Virus record (IMG/VR): IMGVR_UViG_3300032237_000346
Coordinates: 1-39,880 of that record
DNA length: 39,880 nt
Strand: one strand, 5' to 3'
Source of the DNA: a virus
Lineage: Duplodnaviria; Caudoviricetes
Part shown: piece after piece, positions 1-8,549 of the stretch
How the letters are laid out: every line of letters begins with the position of its first letter
Numbering within the stretch: position 1 is the stretch's first letter
Notes under the pieces: model-generated
Seen by the model: the letters and a program-made list of their open reading frames with translations, nothing else
What the model was told of the DNA's origin: nothing
The model's database searches: none
Position numbers and translations under genes: made by a program

Positions 1-123
1 TGCTGCCGTTACTAACGGTACAACTACTAGCATTTCAGTTAATGATTCAAGTGTAGTCAGCCGTGGCTTTATTCAAGTAGGCGATGAGTTAATGTATGTC
101 AATAGCACTAACAACATTGACAA
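1..123. repeat. Terminal direct repeat (assembly circularisation overlap), copy 1
   Basis: 1-123 is identical to 39758-39880 (tgctgccgttactaacgg...cattgacaa). Confidence 0.97.
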
Positions 124-832
124 TGTGCTTACCCTTGCCCCATGGGGGCGTGGTCAGCGTGGCTCAGTGGCTGTAGCACATGACAATCTTTCTAAAGTTA
201 TTACCGCTCCAGTATTCCCACGCTATGAAATCAAGAAGGCTATTAACGACACACTTAATTCTGTGTATCCACAAATCTTTGGCATTGGTCAGTACCAGTT
301 CAATTACATTGCTGCTCGCACAACCTATGACATCCCCGATGAAGTGCAGAACATCCTTACTGTTACTCACTCAGTCATTGGTCCATCTAAAGAATGGCTA
401 CCAGTTCGTGCATGGCAAATTGACCGTACTGCTAATCCAACAGCCTTTGGCGATGGTACTAACTTTGGTCACAGCCTTAGCGTGTACTCACCTATTGTTC
501 CAGGTCGTGCCGTGAATGTGGCTTATGCTAAGCGCCCAACACTTTTTGATATTAACTCAACAGCAACACAAGAAATGTCAACTATTACTGGCTTGCCATC
601 ATACTCAGAAGATGTGCTCATCTATGGCGCAGCCTTCCGTATGGTTTCATTCCTTGACCCAGCACGCTTGGGTCCACTATCTGCAGAAGCAGATGTTCTT
701 GACAATCAGCGTGGACAAAACAGCGGTGCAAATGCAGCACGCTTCTTGTTTAATGTTTACAACACTCGTCTAAACGAAGTGGCGGAGAACATGCGCCGTC
801 AATTTCCCGTTCGTTCACACTATCAGAGATAA
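1..832 (+). CDS. Virion tail adaptor / tail tubular protein A-like, 3' part (gene starts at GTG 39672 and crosses the origin; about 305 aa)
   Basis: The reading frame from 39672 continues in frame through the overlap into ORF 92..832. It lies between the capsid cluster and the tail fibre. The function is inferred from position. Confidence 0.6.
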   Translation, partial: AAVTNGTTTSISVNDSSVVSRGFIQVGDELMYVNSTNNIDNVLTLAPWGRGQRGSVAVAHDNLSKVITAPVFPRYEIKKAINDTLNSVYPQIFGIGQYQFNYIAARTTYDIPDEVQNILTVTHSVIGPSKEWLPVRAWQIDRTANPTAFGDGTNFGHSLSVYSPIVPGRAVNVAYAKRPTLFDINSTATQEMSTITGLPSYSEDVLIYGAAFRMVSFLDPARLGPLSAEADVLDNQRGQNSGANAARFLFNVYNTRLNEVAENMRRQFPVRSHYQR

Positions 833-841
833 GGCAGACAC

Positions 842-2896
842 ATGGCAGCAGGCGACCCAGGAGTACTCAAGCGGAACTTTTCCGCCACCGCAATTGAAAC
901 CACTCTGGTTAACTCTATTTCATCAGCATCAACAGGTGATACAACAACAAGCGTTGCTGTCATTTCTGTTAGCGGTTTTCCAGCAGTACCATACACACTC
1001 ATCCTTGGACCTGATACATCCAAAGAAGAAGTAGTTACTGTAACCGCTGCTACTTCAACTACTCTTACCATTACTCGTGGACAAGATGGTACTGCTGCAG
1101 TTGCACACTCTGCTGGTACATCAGTTCGCCATGGTGTATCTGGTCGTGACTTCAAAGAAGAACAAACCCACATTGCTGCCCGTGGTTATGACAACGATAC
1201 TGCCATCCTTGCATCTGCTGGACAGACACATGTGCACGGACTTGTATCTGGCGATGGAAACATCGTAGGTTCTGACCAGTCAGTAACTCTTACTCGTAAG
1301 ACTTTGACTACACCTGTTATCAATGGTGCAACTCTTACAGGTACTGTTACTTCAACAGCATCTATTGTTGTCAGTGGTGCAGGAACAATCACTGGTCTTT
1401 CATCTGCAGGCATGGTTGCCTCATCTGCTACACCTAAGTCTTATGTAGATGCAATCCTTGGCTCAGCCACTGCAGCATCTACATCTGCAACAAGCGCTGC
1501 TACTAGCGCTACAAGCGCAGCAACCTCAGCAACCAGTGCAGCCAACAACGCAACAGCATCTGCATCAAGTGCCAGTGCTGCAGCAACAAGTGCTTCATCA
1601 GCATTAACATCACAGACTGCTGCTGCTACCAGCGCTACAAGCGCTGCTGCATCTGCTACGGCTGCAGCCACTAGCGCAACCAGTGCTGCTACATCAGCAT
1701 CTTCTGCACTTACTAGCCAGACCGCTGCTGCAACATCAGCAACAAGTGCTGCTACTTCTGCAACAAGTGCTGCTGCCTCAGTATCTACTATTGCAACTTA
1801 TGCAAGCAATGCTTTGACATCGGCTAACAGCGCAGCAACCTCTGCTGCTTCTGCTGCTGCTTCAACTTCTGCTGCTGCAGCAAGCGCAAGCGCTGCTGCA
1901 ACAAGTGCAACATCTGCATCTGTCAGTCAAACTGCAGCAGCCACATCTGCTACTAGCGCAGCAACAAGTGCATCATCGGCTTTGACTTCTCAAACCGCTG
2001 CAGCAACTAGCGCGACTAGCGCTGCCACTTCTGCTTCATCTGCTTTGACAAGCCAGACAGCAGCAGCGACAAGTGCTACATCTGCAGCAACATCTGCTAC
2101 ATCTGCAGCAACAACTTACACAGCCTATGACCAACGCTACTTAGGTTCTAAGTCATCTGCTCCATCTGTTGACAACCAAGGCAATGCTCTTATTACTGGT
2201 GCTACATATTGGAACTCAACATCTAGCATTATGTATGCATGGAGTGGTTCTACATGGCAGGCTATCTCTACAACATCTTCTTACTCAGCACCTACCCTTG
2301 GTTCTACAACAATCAACTCAGGTGCTACGGTTTCAAATGTTAATGGGTTAACAATTAACTCTACTACTATACCAACATCTGCAACTCTTGCAAAGACAGC
2401 GGATAAACTATCAGTATTTGCTGCAACTACATCTGCTGAGTTAGCAGGAGTAATATCTGATGAAACAGGTTCGGGTTTATTAGTATTTGCTACAAGTCCA
2501 ACTTTAACAACTCCCAACATTGGGACAGCAACTGGAACATCATTTAATAGCATTACTGGTTTAAGTTCAACAACACCAAGTGCTAACGGAACGGCTGCTG
2601 TTGGAACAGCAACTACAACTGCTAGAGCAGACCATGTTCACCCTACTACAGGTTTAGGTTTAACTGCTAGTGGATTAAATCAATTTGCTGCAACTACTTC
2701 GGCTCAATTGGCTGGTGTTATTTCAGATGAAACTGGTAGCGGTTCGTTAGTATTTGCAACATCACCAACACTGGTTACGCCAGTTTTGGGTACAGCAACA
2801 GCAACAAAAATTACATCAACAACATACGCATCACTAGATGTAAGTGGATATGAACAAGACATTGTACTCATGACACTCATGGGCGCTTGGATATAA
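842..2896 (+). CDS. Tail fibre protein
   Basis: N-terminal beta module (EVVTVTA...TITRGQDGT), a long Ala/Ser/Thr SATSAATSA-type stalk, YLGSKSSAPSVDNQGNAL...YWN segment and DETGSG.LVFATSPTL repeats typical of phage fibres. Confidence 0.8.
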   Translation: MAAGDPGVLKRNFSATAIETTLVNSISSASTGDTTTSVAVISVSGFPAVPYTLILGPDTSKEEVVTVTAATSTTLTITRGQDGTAAVAHSAGTSVRHGVSGRDFKEEQTHIAARGYDNDTAILASAGQTHVHGLVSGDGNIVGSDQSVTLTRKTLTTPVINGATLTGTVTSTASIVVSGAGTITGLSSAGMVASSATPKSYVDAILGSATAASTSATSAATSATSAATSATSAANNATASASSASAAATSASSALTSQTAAATSATSAAASATAAATSATSAATSASSALTSQTAAATSATSAATSATSAAASVSTIATYASNALTSANSAATSAASAAASTSAAAASASAAATSATSASVSQTAAATSATSAATSASSALTSQTAAATSATSAATSASSALTSQTAAATSATSAATSATSAATTYTAYDQRYLGSKSSAPSVDNQGNALITGATYWNSTSSIMYAWSGSTWQAISTTSSYSAPTLGSTTINSGATVSNVNGLTINSTTIPTSATLAKTADKLSVFAATTSAELAGVISDETGSGLLVFATSPTLTTPNIGTATGTSFNSITGLSSTTPSANGTAAVGTATTTARADHVHPTTGLGLTASGLNQFAATTSAQLAGVISDETGSGSLVFATSPTLVTPVLGTATATKITSTTYASLDVSGYEQDIVLMTLMGAWI
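1470..2112 (+). repeat. Low-complexity Ala/Ser/Thr repeat stalk (SATSAAT heptad-like units, SALTSQTAAAT unit repeated)
   Basis: Visible in the translation; synonymous codons differ between copies. Confidence 0.9.
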
Positions 2897-2911
2897 GGAA
2901 GGTAGTAACTA

Positions 2912-3217
2912 ATGGCTACAACAACTAAAGCGCTGTTCCGTGGAGCAGCAACAACATCAACAGGTACAACGCTATATACAGTACCATCTGCTACAACTAC
3001 AGTAGCAACTAACATTGTAGTATCTAATACAGCAGGTAGCACATCTACTGTAACTATTGCAATGGATGGAATTAACTTGCTTCCTACAGTAAGCATTGCT
3101 GCTAACACAGTTGCTATGTTTGACCTTAAGCAAGTACTTGCTACAACTAAAACAATTACTGGTGGTGCTTCTACTACTGCAGTAACAATCCATATTAGCG
3201 GAGTGGAGATAGCGTAA
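2912..3217 (+). CDS. Small virion/tail-fibre-associated beta protein
   Basis: RBS aaggaagg; TLYTVP...NIVVSN...ISGVEI pattern common beside fibre genes. Confidence 0.65.
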   Translation: MATTTKALFRGAATTSTGTTLYTVPSATTTVATNIVVSNTAGSTSTVTIAMDGINLLPTVSIAANTVAMFDLKQVLATTKTITGGASTTAVTIHISGVEIA

Positions 3218-4089
3218 TGGGTGTAAATACATTTCCTGTTGCTACTGGTGGTAGCGCAGTAACACAGAAAGTACAAGAATTTACAAGCACAGGTACATTT
3301 ACTGTTCCTTCTAACTGCACAACTGTAGAAGTATTTTTAGTTGGTGGTGGAGGCGGCGGTGGTGGTGGTACAACTTTCGCAAATAACTGGAGTGCAGGGG
3401 GCGGTGGCGGAGGCGGTGGTGTTTTACAAAAAACTATTACCGTTACAGCAGGTTCTTCTTACACAGTAACAATTGGTGCGGGGGGTGCTGCTGGTACAAG
3501 TGGTAGTGTTGCAGGTTCAGTTGGTTCAGATACAACATTTGGTTCTTTAGCAACTGGTTATGGCGGCGGTGGCGGTTCTTCATTCCACGATAATAATGCA
3601 ACTATGGCTTGGGGAACAGTACGCGCAACGGCTGGTTCTGCTGGTTGGGGTGCCGCACAATTTGGTACGACTTCATTCTGTTCTGCGGCAGGTGGCGCAG
3701 GAGGAAACGCTTATTCACAAAGCGCATCAACTAACAACATGTTAGCAAACAATAGCACCAGCACTACTTCTACCTTACAAGGTGGAGGTTCAAGCGGAAT
3801 TCAAGCCGCGTGTCTTTCAATAGGCGGTGTAGCAATTTTTGGTTATGGTGGTGGTGCAACATCAGGTTCAACCAATAACGGTTTCAATGGCAAGTTTACT
3901 TTGTCCGCATCAAATGCTGGTAAAGGTGCTTGGAATGATACATCACCTTCTAATAATACAGGAGGTGCGGCAACTGCTAACTTTGGTGGTGGTGGTGGTG
4001 GTGGTTTAGTTTGGGCTACTACTGCAAATCAAAATGCAAGTGGTGGTGCTGGCGGTTCAGGTTATGCAAGAATTACTTATTGGTCATAA
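3217..4089 (+). CDS. Glycine-rich tail/receptor-binding protein
   Basis: FTSTGTFTVP...VEVFLVGGGGGGG...YTVTIGAGG...GGAGGSGYARITY glycine-rich domain signature. Confidence 0.75.
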   Translation: MGVNTFPVATGGSAVTQKVQEFTSTGTFTVPSNCTTVEVFLVGGGGGGGGGTTFANNWSAGGGGGGGGVLQKTITVTAGSSYTVTIGAGGAAGTSGSVAGSVGSDTTFGSLATGYGGGGGSSFHDNNATMAWGTVRATAGSAGWGAAQFGTTSFCSAAGGAGGNAYSQSASTNNMLANNSTSTTSTLQGGGSSGIQAACLSIGGVAIFGYGGGATSGSTNNGFNGKFTLSASNAGKGAWNDTSPSNNTGGAATANFGGGGGGGLVWATTANQNASGGAGGSGYARITYWS

Positions 4090-4101
4090 GGAGAAAATAC
4101 A

Positions 4102-4416
4102 ATGGCACATTTTGCTGAATTAGATAAAGACAACAAAGTATTGCGCGTTATTGTTATTTCTAATGACGAAACGCACGATGCAAATGGCGTAGAAAATGAA
4201 GCGTTAGGCATTGCTTTTTGCAAGAAACTATTTGGTGATGATACTGAATGGGTTCAAACTTCTTACAATAATTCTATGCGGGGGAATTTTGCTGGCGTAG
4301 GTGACACTTATGATGCAAAGACAAATGAGTTCGTTCCTGCCGTAAGAGGCGAAATTGGCGTAATAACACCTGAACAACTTGCTAAAATTAAGGAACAAGT
4401 ACTAGCGATAGAGTAA
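4102..4416 (+). CDS. Fibre-associated small protein (MAHFAEL...WVQTSYN family)
   Basis: RBS aaggag; this sequence type commonly follows Gly-rich fibre genes. Confidence 0.65.
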   Translation: MAHFAELDKDNKVLRVIVISNDETHDANGVENEALGIAFCKKLFGDDTEWVQTSYNNSMRGNFAGVGDTYDAKTNEFVPAVRGEIGVITPEQLAKIKEQVLAIE

Positions 4417-4446
4417 TGGTATGGCTACAACCTACCGATAACAATT

Positions 4447-4473
4447 ACCCCTGAGCACGGGTCTAAACTGCTC
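4447..4473 (+). other. Predicted H-type RNA pseudoknot, copy 1
   Basis: accc-ct-gagca-c-gggt-ctaaac-tgctc; covaries with 25152-25179. Confidence 0.6.
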
Positions 4474-4505
4474 TATTATTATTTCTTAAGAAACAAGGAG
4501 AAGCC

Positions 4506-6719
4506 ATGGTATCAAGAGCACCTGACATTACAGAGCGCACGATAATTGATTTATCTGGTCGCCTCTCTACATACTATGACTTAAACGCTAACGCTTTCGA
4601 TATTGCTATTGGTGGCTTGCCATTTATTATGGCTGTAACAGACAACACACCATACAAGCGACAGACTGCAGAGTTTCGTGCTCAGCGTGTAGACCAAATG
4701 CGTGACCCAGGTGAACACACCCTTGGTGGCTCTGGTTATTGGACACGCTCACAATCTTCTTGGCACTATGGCGAAGGCGTGCAATACACAGAGCCTATGG
4801 AAGGCAATGACAACGAAGTTCGCTTCCGCTTCCGTGATTCATACGGCATCAACCCATGGACTCCAGGTGAGATTAGTTTGTTGCATAAGACAGATAAAGT
4901 ATTAACAATGCGTGGCAAAACAACAATTGCTACTGGTTCAGGCTCAACACCAACATTATATGCTATTGATACAGAGCCAATTGTTACTACTACAACAACA
5001 ACTTCTGCGGTATCTGGTTCTACCACTCTTTCAGTTGCAAGTACTGCTGGCATTGTTGTTGGCTGGCGCGTAGCAGATGGCTCTAACATTACAAGTACAA
5101 CAACTGTAACAGCCATCGGTACTAACACAATTACAATTAGTCCAGCAACTACTGCTGGAACAATGGCAACTAGCACAGCATTACGCATCTCACCACAAAC
5201 TGCAATCTACAGTATTACAACTGCTGGTACATCTGCTGCCTACATTACATACAATCAACTTGGCAATCAAACAATCCTTGCACAAACATCAGATGGTGCC
5301 AATCTATATGTGGCAACAACTACTGCTTTGTATGATATTGACTTAACTACTGGAACCGTTCATCAACACTATACCATTAACAATGGAACACCAATTAGTG
5401 CCGTACTTAAATTTGTTAAAAGTCGTGCAATCTTTGCACTTACTTACAATGATTACAGCACTAAGGCTTATGAACTTACCTTTACTGGAGCAGGTCATCA
5501 AGGTGGTCCTATTAACCTTAGTACTCTTACTGAAATTAACGGCTCAACTGTTATGCCATATCGTTGGGAATGGTCTGGAATTACAGAAGGAAGCAATGCT
5601 ATTTATCTTTCTGGTTATGCTGGTGAACACTCAACAATCTTTAAATTACAGGTAGATAATACTGGTGCATTGGGAACTATTGTAACCGCAGCAGTTATGC
5701 CTCGCGGTGAAGTTATTACTTCGCTATACAGTTACTTGGGAACATATCTTTTGGTTGGTACAAATAAAGGTGCCCGCATTGCAACTCTTGACCAGAACGG
5801 TGACATGACATACGGTCCATTAATATTCCACAATGAGAACGGTGTTTATGACTTTGAAGGTCGTGACTCATACATTTGGTGTGGCAATACTGCAGGTGTT
5901 AACTCTAACTCAGGCACCATGCGTATTAACTTGGCTCAGCCATTGACTCTTATTGGTTATGCTCAACCTATTTCTACTGGTGTTTATGCCCGTGCTACAG
6001 ATGTATATGCAGATGGCGTGACTGGAACAGTTCGTGGTGTTCGTGTTTTTGGTCAAAATAATCAAGTTGCATTTGCAATTGATGGTTCTGGTGTATGGCT
6101 TGAACATCCAACAGATTTGGTTGAAGTAGGACAGATTCGCACAGGTAAGATTCGTTATGATACCATGGAAAACAAAGCATGGAAGCGTATCCGTGTGCGT
6201 ACACCATCCAACCTAGCAGGTGGTGATATCCAAATATTTAAGATTGGCGCTGACTCTGATACATCAATCAACACAATCTTAGAAGGTAACTCTAGTGTTG
6301 CTGACTTAGATTTGATTAACGCGTACCCAGACTTAGAGCCAGATGCATCGTTTAAAATTGACATGTATCGCAACTCAACTGATGCTACTACTGGTGCAGT
6401 AATCAACGGTATTGCTGTTAAAGCATTACCTTCACCTACTCGTGCCCGTGTGTTACAGATTCCTGTCTTTATGTTTGACCGTGAGACAGACAAAACTGGC
6501 AACATTATTGGCTATGAAGGCTACGCTCGTGAGCGTTTGTTTGCACTTGAATCAGTTGAAAGCATAGGTGCAACCCTTGTAGTTCAGGACTTCACCGCTG
6601 GTGGAGAACCTATTGAGTGTGTAATTGAACAGATTACATTTACTCGTGCAACACCATCTGCCCGCAACTACTCAGGCTTCGGTGGCATCTGCCAAATCGT
6701 AGCCCGTACTGTCGTATAA
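4506..6719 (+). CDS. Large tail protein (tail tubular B / nozzle-like, beta-rich)
   Basis: 737 aa, RBS aaggag, last structural gene before the lysis cassette. The function is inferred from position and composition. Confidence 0.55.
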   Translation: MVSRAPDITERTIIDLSGRLSTYYDLNANAFDIAIGGLPFIMAVTDNTPYKRQTAEFRAQRVDQMRDPGEHTLGGSGYWTRSQSSWHYGEGVQYTEPMEGNDNEVRFRFRDSYGINPWTPGEISLLHKTDKVLTMRGKTTIATGSGSTPTLYAIDTEPIVTTTTTTSAVSGSTTLSVASTAGIVVGWRVADGSNITSTTTVTAIGTNTITISPATTAGTMATSTALRISPQTAIYSITTAGTSAAYITYNQLGNQTILAQTSDGANLYVATTTALYDIDLTTGTVHQHYTINNGTPISAVLKFVKSRAIFALTYNDYSTKAYELTFTGAGHQGGPINLSTLTEINGSTVMPYRWEWSGITEGSNAIYLSGYAGEHSTIFKLQVDNTGALGTIVTAAVMPRGEVITSLYSYLGTYLLVGTNKGARIATLDQNGDMTYGPLIFHNENGVYDFEGRDSYIWCGNTAGVNSNSGTMRINLAQPLTLIGYAQPISTGVYARATDVYADGVTGTVRGVRVFGQNNQVAFAIDGSGVWLEHPTDLVEVGQIRTGKIRYDTMENKAWKRIRVRTPSNLAGGDIQIFKIGADSDTSINTILEGNSSVADLDLINAYPDLEPDASFKIDMYRNSTDATTGAVINGIAVKALPSPTRARVLQIPVFMFDRETDKTGNIIGYEGYARERLFALESVESIGATLVVQDFTAGGEPIECVIEQITFTRATPSARNYSGFGGICQIVARTVV

Positions 6720-6731
6720 GGAATACTGCAA

Positions 6732-6986
6732 ATGTCATCTGATGTCGCAACCATCGTCTACTCATACTTCTTTGTTATTGCTGCTTTGTTGGCTGGCATT
6801 AGTTTAATTGCTAAGCACACAATTAAAAAGCATACCGAAGTACTTGAAGATAAGTTAGCAAGAATTGAATACGCTCTCTATAACGATGGACATACTGGCT
6901 TAATAAATAAAGTTGACCAGTTAATTGAGAATCAAAACATTATCAAGATAGATGTTGAAGTTATGAAAGCAAGGGTAGAAGCATGA
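6732..6986 (+). CDS. Membrane protein in lysis cassette
   Basis: N-terminal TM helix plus coiled-coil-like tail; ATGA overlap with the endolysin. Confidence 0.6.
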   Translation: MSSDVATIVYSYFFVIAALLAGISLIAKHTIKKHTEVLEDKLARIEYALYNDGHTGLINKVDQLIENQNIIKIDVEVMKARVEA

Positions 6987-7483
6987 GTCAAGTAGATGAT
7001 TTCCTAGCCGTAGCCAAGGCTGAGGTTGGGACTGTTGAAGGTCCAAAGGATAACGAAACAAAGTACGGTGCTTTTACTAAGCATAACTTCCAACCATGGT
7101 GTGGTTCGTTTGTTATGTGGTGTTCAGCCCAAGTTAAATACAAGATGCCCAATGTGGTGTGGACTCCTGGCGGAGTTGAAGCGTTCAAAGGAACTGGTGC
7201 TTGGAGCAATGCAGAAACTGCATCGCCTAAGCCTGGTGACATTGTGTTCTTTGACTTTGTTGAAGGTGGTGCACCTGTAGAGCATGTAGGTATTGTCGTT
7301 AAAGACAACCTTGATGGAACTGTTACAACCATTGAAGGCAACACTAGCCCTGAGAAAAAAGCAAAGGGTAGCCAAGCCAACGGTGGTGAAGTAGCAGAAC
7401 GCATCCGTGCCTACAAGAAAAACAACAAGCGCAAACTCACACCTTACATTGTGGGATTTGGCAGACCGAAATGGAGCAAGTAA
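6983..7483 (+). CDS. Endolysin, CHAP-domain amidase/peptidase
   Basis: QPWCGSFV (catalytic Cys), PGDIVFF, HVGIV (His), TIEGNT, GFGRP. Confidence 0.9.
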   Translation: MSQVDDFLAVAKAEVGTVEGPKDNETKYGAFTKHNFQPWCGSFVMWCSAQVKYKMPNVVWTPGGVEAFKGTGAWSNAETASPKPGDIVFFDFVEGGAPVEHVGIVVKDNLDGTVTTIEGNTSPEKKAKGSQANGGEVAERIRAYKKNNKRKLTPYIVGFGRPKWSK

Positions 7484-7677
7484 TGAACGCAAAACTTCAA
7501 GAACAATTAACAAGCATTGGTGGTACATACCTTCGTGCTTTCATCACAGGTGCAGTCACAGCCTTTACACTAGGCAAGACAGAACCTAAAGACTTTCTTA
7601 CTGCTGGTGTAGCAGCAATCATTCCTCTCGTAATGCGCTGGGCAAATCCAAAGGATTCGTTCCCGCTTAAGAAATAA
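7483..7677 (+). CDS. Putative holin
   Basis: 64 aa from ATG 7483 (TAATG overlap), two hydrophobic segments, RWANPKD tail; directly after the endolysin. Confidence 0.65.
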   Translation: MNAKLQEQLTSIGGTYLRAFITGAVTAFTLGKTEPKDFLTAGVAAIIPLVMRWANPKDSFPLKK

Positions 7678-7689
7678 GTTTCAACAGAT

Positions 7690-7721
7690 TAGCCCCTCGC
7701 TTAATTGCGGGGGGCTTTTTT
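7690..7721 (+). terminator. Intrinsic terminator ending the late operon
   Basis: agcccctcgc-ttaatt-gcgggggct followed by a T run, at a convergent gene junction. Confidence 0.85.
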
Positions 7722-7729
7722 GCTTTGTA

Positions 7730-7801
7730 TCAGTGGTTCTGTGACCAGTAAAGCAAGAAGAACACCAGTGCAAAGAATGTCACTATCAATGTGCCTGTCA
7801 T
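7730..7801 (-). CDS. 23-aa hydrophobic micropeptide (MTGTLIVTFFALVFFLLYWSQNH)
   Basis: Translated by hand; gaggg upstream of the ATG; not in the ORF track. Confidence 0.4.
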   Translation of the reverse strand: MTGTLIVTFFALVFFLLYWSQNH

Positions 7802-7906
7802 ACATCCCTCCATTTACACACTAAACATGCCGTACCGTTGGGTATGCCCAGGTAAATGTGTCTGCCTCTCAAGCAATTCAACCTTGCTTTAAAGAAGCGT
7901 AACCAC

Positions 7907-8074
7907 TTACCCGCCAGTACTATAAAATCCCGAAGCATTAAACTTCACAGGTATTGCTGAGTACACTTGACTCATGCTATCGCCACAGCACACAGGTATC
8001 CAGTCGCTACCCATTGGCTTTTCTATCTCTTGTATTCCACCACACACGCTACATTTGTAGTCATACTTTGCCAT
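7907..8074 (-). CDS. FmdB-family zinc-ribbon protein
   Basis: MAKYDYKCSVCG...PVCCGDSMSQVYS..PVKFNASGFYSTGG matches the Y.Y.C..C / F.G.GFY.T pattern; translated by hand. Confidence 0.8.
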   Translation of the reverse strand: MAKYDYKCSVCGGIQEIEKPMGSDWIPVCCGDSMSQVYSAIPVKFNASGFYSTGG

Positions 8075-8210
8075 TTAATAATTTCCGCAATGTATTTAGC
8101 CTGCGTATGCGAGCACGCTGTTCTGTCTTAATACCAAAGTTGTAGGCTATGCTCCACAAAATTACATTCTCTATGGCTACGGCTATTGAAATAATAACTA
8201 CCTGTGTCAT
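8061..8210 (-). CDS. Hypothetical 49-aa membrane protein
   Basis: ATGA overlap with the upstream ORF; hydrophobic N-terminus and basic C-terminus. Confidence 0.55.
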   Translation of the reverse strand: MTQVVIISIAVAIENVILWSIAYNFGIKTEQRARIRRLNTLRKLLNGKV

Positions 8211-8443
8211 AGTGCATCCACTGGTGTTGGAACTTTAACAAGTGCATCACAATCTGCACACTCTGCATCAACAAACCACATGGCTATGTCGTTATCTTCA
8301 AACATGCAGCCCACCTTAAACAGACGAGAGCCACACACGCACACATGCATAGGACCAAAGCCACGCAAATCTAATGTGGTATTATCCATTACACCTGCTC
8401 GGTTCAAGAACCTCGCCAGTACTCTACTTAACCTGTTCAACAC
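8207..8443 (-). CDS. Zinc-finger-like hypothetical protein
   Basis: CVCGS...CADC Cys pairs; first gene of the minus-strand operon. Confidence 0.65.
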   Translation of the reverse strand: MLNRLSRVLARFLNRAGVMDNTTLDLRGFGPMHVCVCGSRLFKVGCMFEDNDIAMWFVDAECADCDALVKVPTPVDAL

Positions 8444-8549
8444 GAACAGCAGTGTACACGAATTTTAATTACATGCTTGTAATTCTTCTCGGCGTGTCTA
8501 ATTATAGAGCAGACTTCGTGTAGTAGTCTCCCCTATTGAAGGAGCAACA
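8444..8549. promoter_or_regulatory. Divergent promoter region with GACACGCCG motif and aattaca/tgtaatt inverted repeat
   Basis: cggcgtgtc at 8490-8498; -10-like TACACT (minus, about 8451-8456) and TAGTCT (plus, 8524-8529). Confidence 0.55.

Noticed and set aside
823-2553. Minus-strand ORFs over the tail fibre, and similar antisense ORFs in other long genes
   Set aside because: Shadow frames caused by codon bias and low complexity; no RBS or recognisable motifs.
2417-2772. Duplicated fibre block as a DGR template/variable repeat pair
   Set aside because: No reverse transcriptase in the genome; differences are mostly synonymous and not adenine-specific.
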